The notes below the pieces were generated by a model. It saw only the letters and a program-made list of their open reading frames with translations. It was not told where the DNA came from and searched no databases. A stretch of DNA of 64,000 nt. Origin: Lophium mytilinum (taxonomy: Eukaryota). The position numbers and the translations under genes are program-made. This document shows, one piece after another, positions 1 to 13,468 of this stretch (positions are counted from its first letter, which is position 1; each line of letters starts with the position of its first letter). The stretch is taken from contig MU004193.1 of assembly GCA_010093605.1 (NCBI GenBank), positions 62,001-126,000 on the forward strand. Direction: 5' to 3'.

Positions 1-2278
1 GCTGGCGCATATTAGGTTCTAATGCGCAATTAGAGCTATAATAGCTAATAATAGGCTTATTAGAGGTCTTATAAAGTCCCTTATAATCTAGTAAGAAGCT
101 TATAATCTTGTATAGGTCTAAGAAGCTGTTAGTATATTACAGAGCAGTAAGTAGTAATCTAGAAGTAATAGATTTAAGAATCTAAAGTATATATAAGGCC
201 TTCTTAACGCTCTTACACTCTTTCTTCTATACTTAACTTTCTTCTTTAAGGTTTAAGCTTCTTTTAGCTTTAAAGGTTTATTAAAGACTCTTATAGCTTC
301 TCTTCTTATTACTATTATCTTTTCTTTATTAATTCTTTTATTAGGACTCTCTCTCTCTTAGCTTCTAGGCTGCTTCTCCTTACTCCAAGTCAGCGTTATA
401 ACGTTGCTTAATACCTAGCCAGGTTCTATAGCCTCTAGCTTACTCTATAGAAGAGGTAGAGATAATAGAGATAATAATCCTTTAGACCCTAGCTATAGTT
501 GCAAGGTTCCGCGCTCTTATAAATTCTTAGGCATCTTAGCTTATAAAGCCTTATAGGCCTATAGTAAGTTCCTAATAATAGTTTAGCTCTTTCTCTTAAT
601 AAAGCTAATAAGATCTAGTTACTATTATGCTTATATTAATTATCAACCTTTTAATAGTCTAGAGGTTCTATAATCTATACTATACATAGCTAATAGCCTT
701 TAATAACTCTATCCCACTTCCTTAAGCCTTCCAACGCTACGCTATAGCTTCTAATTATTTAAACTACACTAAATACCCCCTAAAGTTTAAAGGTAGTAGT
801 AGAGCTTAAAGAAATATACTGCTTTAAGGGTTCCTTAGTAATATTAGGGATAATAAACTAATTTTAAATAAGAACTATAGCTATAATTCGCGCTTTATAG
901 GGCTTCTTAAATAGTATTTAGGCTTAAGAGTAGATTATAGTAAGAATTCTAGGGCTCCTCCTGCCTTTAGGGCCTGCAACTACTACCTAAGAATGTTCTT
1001 AGGAGGCTGTTAGTTTAGTAAATATATTTAAGCTCGCAATCTAGATAGTTCTCCTCTCTACTAAGGATCCTGTGTGGAATATTATTAGTAGGGCAGTAAG
1101 GAGACTTATTTATTCTAAGGTAAGTTTAGCTTTACTTTTAGAGTGTCTTAGAACTTAGCTAACACCTATTATAGAAGGATAGACTCTAATAGCTTATTAG
1201 AAGACTACTAGGGCTCGCGTTTAATAAGGTCGCTATAATATTACTAAGTTTATATCTTCTCTTTATAATTAAGAATCCCTTAAGAACCTAGCTAAGAATA
1301 TAGTACGCTTAGCCTTAGCTATATAGCTGCTAATAGAATTAATTTAAAGAAAGACTACTATACTACTACGTAATCTAGGTATTCCTTATACTCCTAAATC
1401 TCTAACAGCTTAATATCGCCTATAGGGCTCTAGTAGTGCTTCTACTTAGGCTTCTAGTTTAAGATCTAGCTTCTAGTAATTATCCGCAGCTATATCGGGT
1501 TTAGGAAATATAGCTACTTTAGGTTCTAGCACTTAAGGTCTAAGGTAATACTCCCTAATCTTTCCTACTTAGCCTTTAACTTCTCTAACTTCTTTAACCT
1601 CTTATTATTCTCCTTTAGGTTCTCTATAGCGCTCCCGAGAGCCTACTTCTAATATACTATTAAGCCGCCGCTTATCCTAGTTATCTATTAGTAACAATAA
1701 CAACTCTACTAGAGAGACCCCTCTAAACTCTACTTAGTATTAGATGGGCTCTCTAAATGCTATTCTCTAAAAGAATAGGGCTAGTAAGCATAGCTAAAAT
1801 ATATTAACTTAGAGCGCGCCTCCAAAACAGCCTTAGAAGAATAATAATAGCTATTCTAGTAGTAGTAGTAGCTATAAAAGTCCTAGTAGAAGGAGTTCTA
1901 GTAGTAGAATAGCTACCTAGAAGAACTAAGAGTGTGTCGGCTTAGCTAGTATTAATGGAAAAGCGTTAATTTTCCCTCCCCTTCTAGATATAAGAAGGAT
2001 TAAGTGCGATAGAAGTATAAGCTTAGCTTAGTTAATCTCTAATATAGATTCTTAAATTTATTATCTTTTTAAATCTCTAAAGATAAAACATAGCTAAATA
2101 AGTAATAATAAAGAATTAAACGCTTAAATCTAAATTAATAAAGGAAATCTAGGTAATAAATATATAGAGTTCTTTTAACACTCTATTAGCTTAGAATAGA
2201 AGTGCTATTTAAGCTCTTTTGCGCTTTCTTCCGCGCAACTCTATATTAAGAGCTTGGGTGGGTTATATTATAGGTATA

Positions 2279-5200
2279 TTAAAATTGCTATCTAAATCTA
2301 ACTTATAATTACTACTAGTATTCTTATTATCTTTAACGTCTATTATGCTAGCATTACTACTAGAGGAGCTCTCTAATTATATATTAGAGCTAGCATTCTT
2401 ATCTAAGGACTTATTATTTATACGCATTTTAGTATCCTTAGCTCTTAAGTTAATCCCTTTATCCTGCAGCTCTATAGTATTATCGGTTTAAATAATAGCA
2501 TTACCCCTTAGCCGCATAATAATAGTATCCCTATTATACTTATTATTATCTTAGTGCGCAGCATTAGGTAATTAGGTAGCAGTATTTATACTCTTAGGTG
2601 TCCCATTACTATCTTAAGCTATTTCCAACAGTTCCCTGTCCTTAGTATCTGTGGCCAGCACTAATACATTATTAGGTTATCCTGCGGGTGCTGCGTAATT
2701 ACTAGTTCCCTACAGAATATTAAGCTTATCTTAACTTATCTCCGGCTTATACACATAAACTTCCTAATAGGTATTTATAGCAGTCTTACCTGCATCTTTA
2801 TATTATGTAACTATAAAGCTAGTAACCTATGCTAGTGCAATAGTTAATTAACCCTTCTCGGGTCCCTTTTTCTTAGTAGCCCGTCGGTCTCTCTTAAGAA
2901 CTCTCTCTTTAAAATCTCTTGGTATTTAATGTGGCTTCAGTTTAGGCAGTTTCTAAGCGTTCTCCTCCTCTTCCTAAAAGAGCTCCGCGCCCTTATACTA
3001 CTATTTTAATTAATACTTAGTAATATTCCAATTCTATTCTACTTTAGAAATTGTAGCAAACTTGGACTATAGCTTTCTATTAGCGTTGTCTATATCTAAT
3101 GCATCCGCGATAGCGTTATTACTAGGTTTAACTTCTTCTTAATGTGCAGCACGCTCTTTATTAGCGTTATTAAAATCCTCTTAGTTCTAAAGTGCTTAGT
3201 TATCTTTTAATACGTTATTAGAATATTCTAAGCTATATTTAGGGTCTTCTTAGTTCTAAAACTTTATATAAGCATTAATGCGTGCATTTACTAACCTGTT
3301 ACTATAAATAAGGTTCTTTAATACTTAATTAGTAGGCGTTTAAAGCATATAGGTACTAAGAGAATAAGCAGTAATAATCTTAAATAGACTAAACTATTTC
3401 GCTCTAAATTTCCTCTTAACCTTATTTTAAAGAAGTACCTAGAAACTAATCTTCTATTAAGTAACTAGATGCTCCTTAAATAGAGGTTATAGATTCTATA
3501 GGCCTGCCATAATTGCTTTCTTTAGTAGCCAATCTTCTACTAGTACGCGCGTGTATTAAACTTTCCTAATGCGGGCTAAATAATGCTCTAATTTAGCTTT
3601 TTTATCCGCAGTCTTATTAAGAGCCGGTACTAAAGTATTATTAGGCACTTAAGGACGTCTACTATATATAAGGTAGTAGGGAGTATAGCTATAGAAGGTA
3701 TTCTAAGTGCGTGTTATATATACTACAGCCGGTAACTAGGTATTCTATATAGCTATATCTTAATTAATTATTAGCTTTATAAGGATATTCTCTAAGACTC
3801 TATTAAGCCTCTCTACCTTACTATTTACCTAAGGGTGATACAGCGTTATAACGTTATAGCGAGTCTTAATAAGCTTTTATAGTGCTATAATAACTTTAGA
3901 AAGAAAGTTTAAACTATTATTAGAAGTAAACGCCGCTGGAGGTCTATACTAGTAGTAGATTCTTTTATAGATAAATATTACTATAGTCTCGGCTTAAGCA
4001 TTAGAAAGCGCAGCAGCTTTAGGCTAACCTATAGCGTAATTAATGGCAGTAATAATCTAGCAATTCCCGTAGATTAATTATGGCAATCTGCCGATTAAAT
4101 TAATGCCCCATTTATTAAATAGATCTTAATCTTTAACCTAATAAAACGTTAGTTTATAAATAATCTTTCCCTTCTATACTAGCTAGCATAAGGTATACTT
4201 ATAAGCGTATTTATTAGCATTATAACTTATTATTAGCTACTAGCTATATACTTACAGGGCCTTCTACATACCGCAGTATATAAAGTGGCCTAGCTAGTAG
4301 GTCCTATTAAGGACCTATTAATAATAGAAAGGTGCGATATATAGTATAGTATTCTTAAGGGTATATAGATCTAGATTACTATTAGGTTTATAGAAGCAAT
4401 AGCGTAGTTCTTCTTTTAGAATTATAAAGTTTCAATATAGAAATAGATAGATTCTTCGGCAGCAAAGCCGGTATTATTTTAATTTAGCCTCCAACAGCTA
4501 TTTAGAGAGAGTAGGCTTAAGGCCTATTATAAGAAACTTCTTTAAATCTTTAATATACTCTATATTAGGATCTTTATACTTAGAGAGGGCTGCAAGGCGT
4601 TCTTAGGCAAAATTAGGGCGCCTACTAATTGCGTCCGGCACTATTATAAGAGCTTCTAAGCGATACTATATTATAGGGTTATACTACTAGAAATCCTTAA
4701 TCTATTAAGTAAGCCTTAGCGAGGCTTTCTTAGTAGTTTATAGGTATTGTAACAAGTAGTAATTAGTTATAATTATTAATTCTTTCTCTTAGATGTAGTG
4801 TTGCTAAATCCTAAGCGCTTCTTTAATTGCTAGGAGTTCTTTTTTATAAACTAGATAGTTTAATTTAGCTTTATTAAGCTTCCGACCGTTAAACACAATA
4901 GGGTGCCACTTGCCGTCTTCTCCTTATTAGAGAAGGACTATTCCAATAGTAAAATTAGAAGCGTCTATTTTAATTTAAAAGGGCTTTAACTAGTTAATAA
5001 GGGCGAGCACGGGGCGTTTAATAAGCTTTCGCTTAAGGGAGTTAAAAGCAATTTAATAGCTAACGTTCCATGTAATAGCTTAGTACTTTTTCTTTTATAT
5101 TACGGCGTTGCTTTCCTTTAGAAGCTTATAGAGAGGTGCCGATATATAGGCGAAGTTCTTAATAAACTTTTAATAGTACGTTGCTAGTCTAATAAACTAT

Positions 5201-8170
5201 TAGACCTTATAGACGTTAGTAGGAATAGGCTAACGCTAAATAGCGTCTAGTTTATTAGTTATTAGTTTTACGGTTCCGTAAGAAACTATATAGCTATAGA
5301 ACTTAATAGTTTCTTAAGCAATTAAGCACTTATTAGTTTTAGCAAATAGTTGTTCCTTTCTAAGAGCTTTAAATAACAATTAGAGGTAGTTAAGATGCTC
5401 TTTTAACGTTTCTAAAAACACTATAATGTTATCTATATAGATAAGCATAAATTAATATAGGTATAGTTGCAAGGTATTATTTATAATAGCTTAAAAGGTA
5501 GCAGGAGCATTATAAAGGCTAAAAGGCATAACTAGGAATTTAAATTTCCCTTTAATTGTGTTAAAAGTAGTCTTATAGACGTCTAATTAATAAACGCGCA
5601 GCTAGTAATATCTAGAGGTTAAATTAATCTTAGTAAAGAACCTAGCCTTCCCGAACAACTATAGGTAGTTATTAATGCGTAGTAGAGGGTAGGTATTCTT
5701 CTAGGTTACTAGATTAAGTACTCTATAGTTAATGCATATTTACTACTTACTATTTAGCTTTAGAATAAAAAGAACTAGAGATCCCCAGGCACTAATAGAC
5801 TCTTAAATAAGGCCCTATTCTAGTAGCTTATAGATCTATTAGGTCTATTCTTCTATTTAATAATGTAAGAGGCGGTATATAGCATTATTTACCGGCTTTA
5901 CATCTCTAGTATTAATTAGATAGTTGTATCTGCGCTTAGGCGGCAGAATGTTAGGGAGGACGTTACAGAAATAAGGTCTATACTCTTTAAGAAGCTCTTA
6001 GAACTTCTCTTATATAGGAGTAGTAATATAATTAATTAGGGGTAATAAATTCTCGTCTTCTAATAGCGGATTGGTGCCGGGTTATAGTACCTAATCCAGC
6101 ATTAGTTTATTAGAAGCTTTTATAATATAAAGGTAAGCGGAATTAAGCTTATCTACTAAGAGCCTCTTATACTCCCAATAGGATATTACATTAATAAAAC
6201 CCTAGTATTCTAGTTTAGGGAGACTAAGGTCTATAATAGGGCTTAATGCATTAAGCTAATAAGCTACCGGTTTAATTTTTAGGTTGCGGCTAACCTGCGT
6301 TTGCAAGGTAATAGAATTAGTAAAGAAGTTAATAACAGCTTAGTATTACTGCAGCCAGGTTATACTAAGAATACATTAATACTCTTTAAGGTCTAGAATA
6401 CGCGCGGTTAGAGTACCCAACAGCGTATAGATCTTAAATAGAATCTCTAAGGCTTTTATACTAATTATAGTTATACCTAAGGGGAGTTTAACTGCCTTAG
6501 GGGCTATTATTTTAACGTTTCTTAGCTAATATTAAGCATGCTTTAATAATATGTAGATAGAATTAGCGCTATAGTTAATTAAGAAGGTAGTCCTTTTCTA
6601 ATAGTTAGACGGTTTTAAAGTTCCCTTATATTCTAAAAGACGTTTACCTAGGGAGTTAAGGCAGCAGATTCTTTCTTCTATTAATTTAATGACAATTTAG
6701 TTAGAAGGATTATTAAAGGGCGGCTAATTCTTTTCCGTTATAAGTTCGCGAAAAGTAGGAGTCTTATCTTTTAGGTTAGTTAGTTACTCTAAGGCTACTA
6801 ACCCTCCTAGTTTTCTAACGGCTCCTTAGCTAGCTAAGTGCAGTTGCGTTTAATATAGCCCTTCTTGCCATAATTATAGTACTTACGCGTATTAGTATTC
6901 TATTAAGTAGTACCTTTACTGCGTCCGCTATAGCCTTAACCGTGTTCTTAAGATCCGGTAGTATTTCTACCTTTAAAGGCGTTAAGTTTAGCGTTGTCTT
7001 TAGTGTCTAGATATTTATATTTATTAGGATTAACGTTAGTTCCTTAGAAGTAATTATTGTCTAATTCTTCGTCGGCCCTAGAGATAGTATTAAGGCGGCC
7101 CTAATAGTCTCTCGTTCTCTTATACTAGGAGATCTAATGCTTATTAGTAGTAGCAACCTACGCCATCTATTTATTAAAATTAGGAGGGGCCCACGCTTAG
7201 GCGTTAATATAAAACTTAAGGCTAGGTTTTAAACCTGCGCGGGCACGTTAATATACCTTAAGATTAGACGGAGCCATATTAAGAGGGCATATATAAGTAG
7301 CCCTAATAAGCTTATTAAAGAACTATTAAGCACTAGTTATCTACACTATTTTGTTAAAGCGGCGTTGGCGTTGCTCTAGCATATCCGCGCTCTTATAGCG
7401 GCGGCTAAAGGTAGTAAAGAACTAATCTAATATAGTAAAATTAGTGTTGCCTTAGTAGTGCTATTAAATATCTTAGTTCTATTAAATGGCTACAGTTCCA
7501 GCTATATAGCTGCCGGCCAGCTAAATCTTTTAAGTTTCTGGCATCTACTAGTAAACCTATTAATAGGCGTCCGCTTATGTAGTAATAAAGTTATGCATCT
7601 AAACTATCTAGATAGGGTACGTATTATTATTAACTTCGCCCAACTATATAGCGGGAGTTCTTATAAGGACTTTAGGTAGCGCTATTAGGCAAGGTTCTCT
7701 TATAGCTAATATTTTTTTAAAGGCTTATTAGAGCTCTTATATAGTTTATTCTAATAGACCCTTATTATAGTCTAGCATTAGATAATCTAAGAAAGCATTA
7801 GATAATAGACCCTAGGAGTTGGTAGCACTCTAAGAAGTAGGCTGCTGCTAGGGGTTATCTAATACGTCCTTAACGCGGGCATAGTAATTAGGGACTTTAT
7901 ATTACAGCTATTTTAGTATAGCAGCCTGCTGCTATTACATAGAAGAAGCTAATATAGAACTAAAGGGTTCTAGTCCCTAGTAATCTATTACATACTCTAT
8001 TATAGGGGCTTAGAAGCGTTAATAGCTATCTAAAGAAGGCGCGAATAATAGCCCTTAATAGGTAAGCCCTAGATTATAGGCCGGGGCACTACTATAAATA
8101 ATTAGAGGACCTTAAACTAGTAGCTTAACGGGTTCTAGGGCAGCGGCCTGCTTAGCCTGCAAGGCTAATA
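2279..8170 (-). pseudogene. gag-pol relic of the Gypsy element (PR-RT-RH-IN order)
   Basis: Motifs as above, interrupted by many TAA/TAG stops from C>T and G>A transitions. Boundaries are approximate. Confidence 0.85.
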
Positions 8171-8424
8171 TTAGATTAGATAGATTAAAAGATATAGTAC
8201 TAAACTAAGAGAGCCTTTAAAAAAGTCCTTAAAGGTTAGAAGGTAATCTATTAGAATAATAATATCTATTACTAGATATAAAAGGAAGCTAAGGGTTATA
8301 GAACATCTAAGGATAAGAAAGAGTAGAAAAGAGTTAATAACTGCAATACAATTAAAGTAAAGAGTAAGGAAAGGGTGCTAAGATAGTAATATTAAGTTTC
8401 TTTCTTAAATGCTTTTTAATATCC

Positions 8425-8794
8425 TGTTAGAGAGGGAGGATTCTTAAAAGGACTTCTCCGCCTTCTTCTTATAATTAACTTATAAGGATTTCCAATTGCT
8501 ATATAATTATTAGGCTCCATTAAGCCACAATATTATTCTTCTCGCCGTCCTGCTATTAATCTTACTTTAGCAGATAACAGAACGCGTAGTTAGTTGCGTA
8601 GGAGTATTAAAAGGGATAGGAAAATCCCGCAGTAACGTTCTAGCTAAGGGCTCTTTAGACCTATACCATTTAATTTTTATAAGAATATTCGCAATAGGCA
8701 GTTATACTATAACGCCGGCCTAATACTAATTAGGGGCTATTATTAATAGTTATTATTAATCGCCAATTAGGTTAATTTTTAGAAACTGTTAACA
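8425..8794 (-). repeat. candidate 5' LTR (~370 bp)
   Basis: Bounded by TGTTAG (8425) and TTAACA (8794), i.e. TG..CA with a 5-bp terminal inverted repeat, just upstream of gag. No second copy lies inside the window to confirm it. Confidence 0.5.
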
Positions 8795-9719
8795 CGGCTC
8801 GGTATTATTATAATAATCTAAAAATTCTACTAATTATAGGAGCTAATGTCTTCTATTATTACTAAGGGTTAATTATAAGAATATAGCCTTAGCTAGCTCT
8901 ACGCTATTAAGTTTAAGGACCTAATAGCCCTCTAAGGAGGCCTTAGAGGCGGCTAGAACTGCAACTAAGCTACTAGATATAATATTTCTAATTATGTAAT
9001 ATAAGAATTTAGAGGATAATAGATATTAATTCTATATAGAAATCTAGCTAGGCTATATATATGTTGGGGAGGCCCGTGCAGGCCTTAATTATACTAGATC
9101 TATATAGAAAAGCGTTTCTACAGTAGATCTATACATTACGTGCACGACATCCAAATATTAACCGTATATTAAGAATTCTATAGAGATACTGGCTTCCGGT
9201 TGACGGGAGGAGAGCACTCCTGATGTATTCCCAGGTCGGTCCTCTATCATGTGTCCTCATATTTGCAACTCTGTCCTCTTCGTAGAACTTTTACCAGTGT
9301 CCTCATATGGCGCAACTGATGGCGAGATATATTTAGCACGTAGTATCGAAGGATTGTTTTGGATGTATGGATTGGCAAGGCGGTGTGGCGGTGCACGGGG
9401 GAGGCGCGCAAAGGTGGCACAGTTGGCACAGTAGCGTGACGAGGTAGGTTGGCAGGCATCTGCGTGACCCACACGCCCCAACATTGCCGCCGGCGCCTGA
9501 AACATGTCGACCCGCTTTCCAGCTCCCTCGCCAACTCCCTCGAAGCCGCCCACCTCACTCCTGGCAATTCACTTGCAGCTACGTGTCCTAGTCTTGCGGT
9601 TCTTGGGGCGTAGCAGACGGTGCTCGTTTGCATGGTTAGAATGCAAGAACAGAACCCATCCATTGCCCCGCTGCACCGAAAAATCCTATCCACATCGGCC
9701 ACCAGCAATCGACGCCACC

Positions 9720-11332
9720 ATGGAAAAGCTACCCCAGGAAGTCATTGCCGAGATAGTTCCTTATTTGCGAGACGAATACTGGTCCGGCTTCCATCGATAC
9801 GCGACCATCAGCAAGGCCTTCCAGTATGCCATTGAGCGCCGTCTATTTCACCGCCTCTCGATACGGAGCACCGAGCTCCAGTATGCCGCGAGTCTTCTCA
9901 GACGGGACCACCGATGCTCTTCCGTAAAACGTATCTACCTTGAAACAGTGCTCCCAGAATACAGCGAAGAAGCGAGCAAGAGAGAAGAGACACAGGAAGA
10001 GCAAGACGCGAACAGTGCTGCCTTTTCAGAAGCAATTCATGGCTTGTTTGAATTACTCCGGATCATTGAAGACGATCCCCAGTCAACCCATGGATCGGGA
10101 ATGTGGATAAGCATATCTGAACTGAAATCCCCCTCCGACCTCAAGTACAAGTATACACACAATGGTTATGGGCCTGGTGCTGGAAGCACGTACTCCTTCA
10201 TGGCGTCGCGATGGAAGAAGTCGTGTGTGAGGTTCTCGGATGTAAATAATCTTCCTGTCATCTCGAAGGTGTCTCAGCTCCATGCCCATTCACTGTCAAC
10301 AAACATACACAGGCCACGCAGGATCGAGCCGGCATCCGTCCTAGCAATTGCGGACAAGTTCCGCCGACTCTCTAGCCTGGACTTCAATATTCGAGATTTC
10401 AGGAAGTCTGGACTTGAGGCTCGGCAAAATAGGCGCCAAGGTAAGAGACCTAAAATCAACCCTCGATTCTTAGACCCTTTGCACACCGTTGTTGGTCATG
10501 ATCAGCATACGAGTCTTTGCTGACGATAGCCTTGAAAGAATTGGCGCAAGCTATAGACGTTGTGCATCTGGACACACTCCGCCATCTGCATTTCGCCAGT
10601 CTCACCGAAGAACCTTGGAACGAAGAACGGCAATTAGCGAATCTGCTTGACATCCATCCGGGGTCTATAGATTCTTTCAGCCGGGCGCTTCACAACTTGA
10701 CGTTGTCTCCGAATCTAGTCGAAATCTCCCTCAAAGGGGCCCACTTTATCTCGCCAGAACTTTACTGGCCCTCTACTGAGCCTGAAAGTGCCCCGACTTG
10801 GCCAAATCTCAAGTATTTCTATGTGAATATGGCTCCGTTCGACGCTAAAGGGGAGTGGTATTTCCTGCCAGGGCGCTCTCAGGACGAATTCACCATAACC
10901 CCTAGCGACAACGACAGCGACAGTGGCGATAATGACCTCGACGAGGACTCCGACGAAGTCTCTGACGATGACTCTGACGCCGCGCTATCAAACGCATCCA
11001 CAGAAGACTCTCAATATCATACACAGACCAAGCCCTTACGACGGCAATTCCGATGTATTCCTGACGCCCAGAAGATAGACCCGCTACTCATATCCGTTGC
11101 TCGGGCTGCAAAATGCATGCCTCAGCTCCATTATCTCAACCTTGATGTACCTCGCGAATTTCTTGGGGACGGATGGGAATGGGTCACCAAGAGACAATTC
11201 TATGTTCAATACTATGCGAGAGAGAGGAAGTTGTCCTTTGATGTATTGCCGAAGGATTGGCGACCAAGCTCAGAAGTTGAGCAGAGTTGGAGGGAGACTA
11301 TGGGAGAATATGGTGTCTTCGAATTCAAGTGA
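9720..11332 (+). CDS. F-box-like domain protein (2 exons: 9720-10440, 10530-11332)
   Basis: N-terminus MEKLPQEVIAEIVPYL...YATISKAFQYAIERRLF is typical of fungal F-box-like proteins. Intron GTAAGA..GCTGAC..ATAG (10441-10529) joins the two ORFs in frame. Acidic patch near the C-terminus. Confidence 0.8.
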
Positions 11333-11707
11333 GGGGAGCGGATGCGGTCTGAGTGACCTTTGAGTTATGGGAGTTAGGGCATGATTACTGGTTATAAATC
11401 TGCATATCTATTGGACCTTTCCCTAACGTTGGAACTGGTCCCTACGTGCGTAGACATCAAATTATCCACTGTACTCTACATACGTCCGTACCATGCTGTA
11501 TCTCAATATGTGGAGGCATATGAAAAGAGTTAGATCCTTGACAAGTTGACATTTTCATTCTTCTCAAAAGAGAGCCCAAGAATTCAAATTTCCATGTTCG
11601 GTCAAACCAATCCCAGTGTGAAGCTACGTCTTCAATTCAGTTTCAATCAGAAAAGTCAAATCCATAATTCCATACAGAATTGCCACCAATTTCCAAGCAC
11701 TCCGCCA

Positions 11708-12073
11708 CTACTCCATCACACAATCAGCCGACTTCCCCTCGCACACATCCAAGACGTAATACGACGACCATTCCTGGATATTCGAGCAGTCCGAATCAAT
11801 TGTCTCGACAACCTCGGCTTCGTTGCAGCTGTCGTTCTTGAAGAACACGGCCAGTTGATTGACGTCTGTAGGCCCGGTCGAAGACACGATGACTCCCATC
11901 CCCTTGGAGTCATCTCGAACATGACAGCCTTGTGCGGGACCGAATGCCTCGTCTCCTAGCTTATCGCCAGAGCACGCCGGGCCGCGATAGTGGGCAAACC
12001 CTAGGGCCATAGACATAGGTATGAATGCGAGTGGTGCACAAGCGACAAGATTCTTGAGGGCGGAGGGACGCAT
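11708..12073 (-). CDS. small secreted cysteine-rich protein (121 aa), effector candidate
   Basis: ATG at 12073 gives a signal-peptide-like MRPSALKNLVACAPLAFIPMSMA, followed by ~98 aa with 6 Cys. Confidence 0.75.
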   Translation of the reverse strand: MRPSALKNLVACAPLAFIPMSMALGFAHYRGPACSGDKLGDEAFGPAQGCHVRDDSKGMGVIVSSTGPTDVNQLAVFFKNDSCNEAEVVETIDSDCSNIQEWSSYYVLDVCEGKSADCVME

Positions 12074-13468
12074 GATTATCAGGGATTCAAGAAGAAATTC
12101 GGGATGAAAGAGCTGGAATAGAAGATCTTTGGAAAGTTTCGATATGCTGAAGATGTTGGAGGGTGAGAAACAATGTGTGGGAGTTTCGGTGCGGGTAAAG
12201 AGCATCCACAAACCGGCCACATATTCTCCGGACTAGATCAAGTTAGTTCTGGGGTATCTTGTTTCACGATTGTGTTTTGGCATCCTCGTGACGATATTGA
12301 GGGATTTAGCGCCGCGATGCTTTCAGTTTTACGCCTCAAAGGACTCCACTAATGGGGCGGAGAATACGGAATGCCTAGAATAGCTGGTTCGATTGACGCC
12401 GCTCGGAACTACATTCTCGATACATCCTCTGGACGTCCTCGCCGCCTATGCTCTGTGCTCTATCGCCGTGCAGCGGCTATTGCGCAACCAATCCTAACCC
12501 TAACCTAACCGAAGGACTGTGGCGCAGTGTCACATTGGAGCCTTATTGCAACGCCTCTAGCGGACGGTTTCACCACCTCCTCGAGTAGGACCACCAACTC
12601 CGAGATCATGAAACTGTACAACCCAAGAGAGCATCGTGAAACCCAATAATGCCTCGGTTTCCCCGTAATTGCCATCCTCTTGGCTACGCCGTTTGCTTTT
12701 AAGCGAACCCAGCCACGTGCGCAAGGATACTTCCCTGAAGTTCAGACGGGAATAACATCACCAGATACTTCAAGTGGCGCTACACAGGAATTGGGATCAA
12801 ACAGAGTCATCTGACGCTAACTGCGCTTTGACGCCTCTCTCTCGCAGAACTTCAACAGAGTCGCCGCTGTTTCATCTTCACCAAGGGATTCTTGAGGAGG
12901 CGTCGACCAGATGAGATTCTCCTACGGTATCATGTGTAGCCCCAAACTACGCAATCAGATTGGTCCACCTGGACCTGAGCTGTGCCCCAGGCTCTCCTCC
13001 TCCCGAAGCCCCGTGTCCATTGGGGCAATGCCTTCGGGCTCCGACAAGAATAGAATCTCCCTGTTGAAGGAAGTCTATGGGTTGTCCGATCCATCCTCTT
13101 GGGGTTTCAAATGAGACGCCTCAAAGGATTGAATCCAACTCACTCACCTGACTTTGTTCTCTGCTTCGATTCCTCTTGGTTCTCGAATCCTCAAAGCTCC
13201 ACCCAAATGTGGCGTTCTCTACATCGCCACATATTCCAGCAGTATGCGGATACAGCCTTCTCTTGGTGCATCAGGAGATGCCAGATCACCAAATAATAGA
13301 TCCTTTGAAGAGAAATCAACACGTGTCCAAATCTCATGTCTGTACTTGTACAAGAGGTCATCGTAAGTTGTAGGTGCGAAGTATTCTCAGAGTTCAACAG
13401 TGCCCTCCGTTATATTGAGCAGAAACCAAACGAATCAGCAACTTTCATCTCCTTCATCCGTTCCAATT

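Larger units (their letters stand above)
1..8794 (-). mobile_element. RIP-degenerated Ty3/Gypsy LTR retrotransposon (3' end runs off the window)
   Basis: AT-rich, TpA-saturated, no long ORFs. De-RIP reading of the minus strand recovers Gypsy-order motifs: Gag zinc knuckle C-x-N-C-G-K-K-G-H-x4-C (~6840-6885), protease FLIDCGAN (~6560-6590), RT MCIDYR (~5720), GKFEFLVMPFGLCNAPATFQ (~5490-5550) and YMDD (~5430), RNase H TDAS (~4960), integrase WGIDLIGRLP (~4085-4115), YHPQ..G.VER (~3810-3845), and a GPF module (~3380-3410). Confidence 0.93.

Noticed and set aside
1968..1984. Polypurine tract-like run (minus strand AAGGGGAGGGAAAA) after pol
   Set aside because: The sequence following it does not match the candidate LTR at 8425-8794, so it cannot be called PPT plus 3' LTR.
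7458..7679. 73-aa plus-strand ORF
   Set aside because: Chance antisense ORF inside the RIPed gag.
12493..12510. CCTAACCCTAACCTAACC telomere-like repeat
   Set aside because: Only about three imperfect units; too short to indicate a telomere relic.
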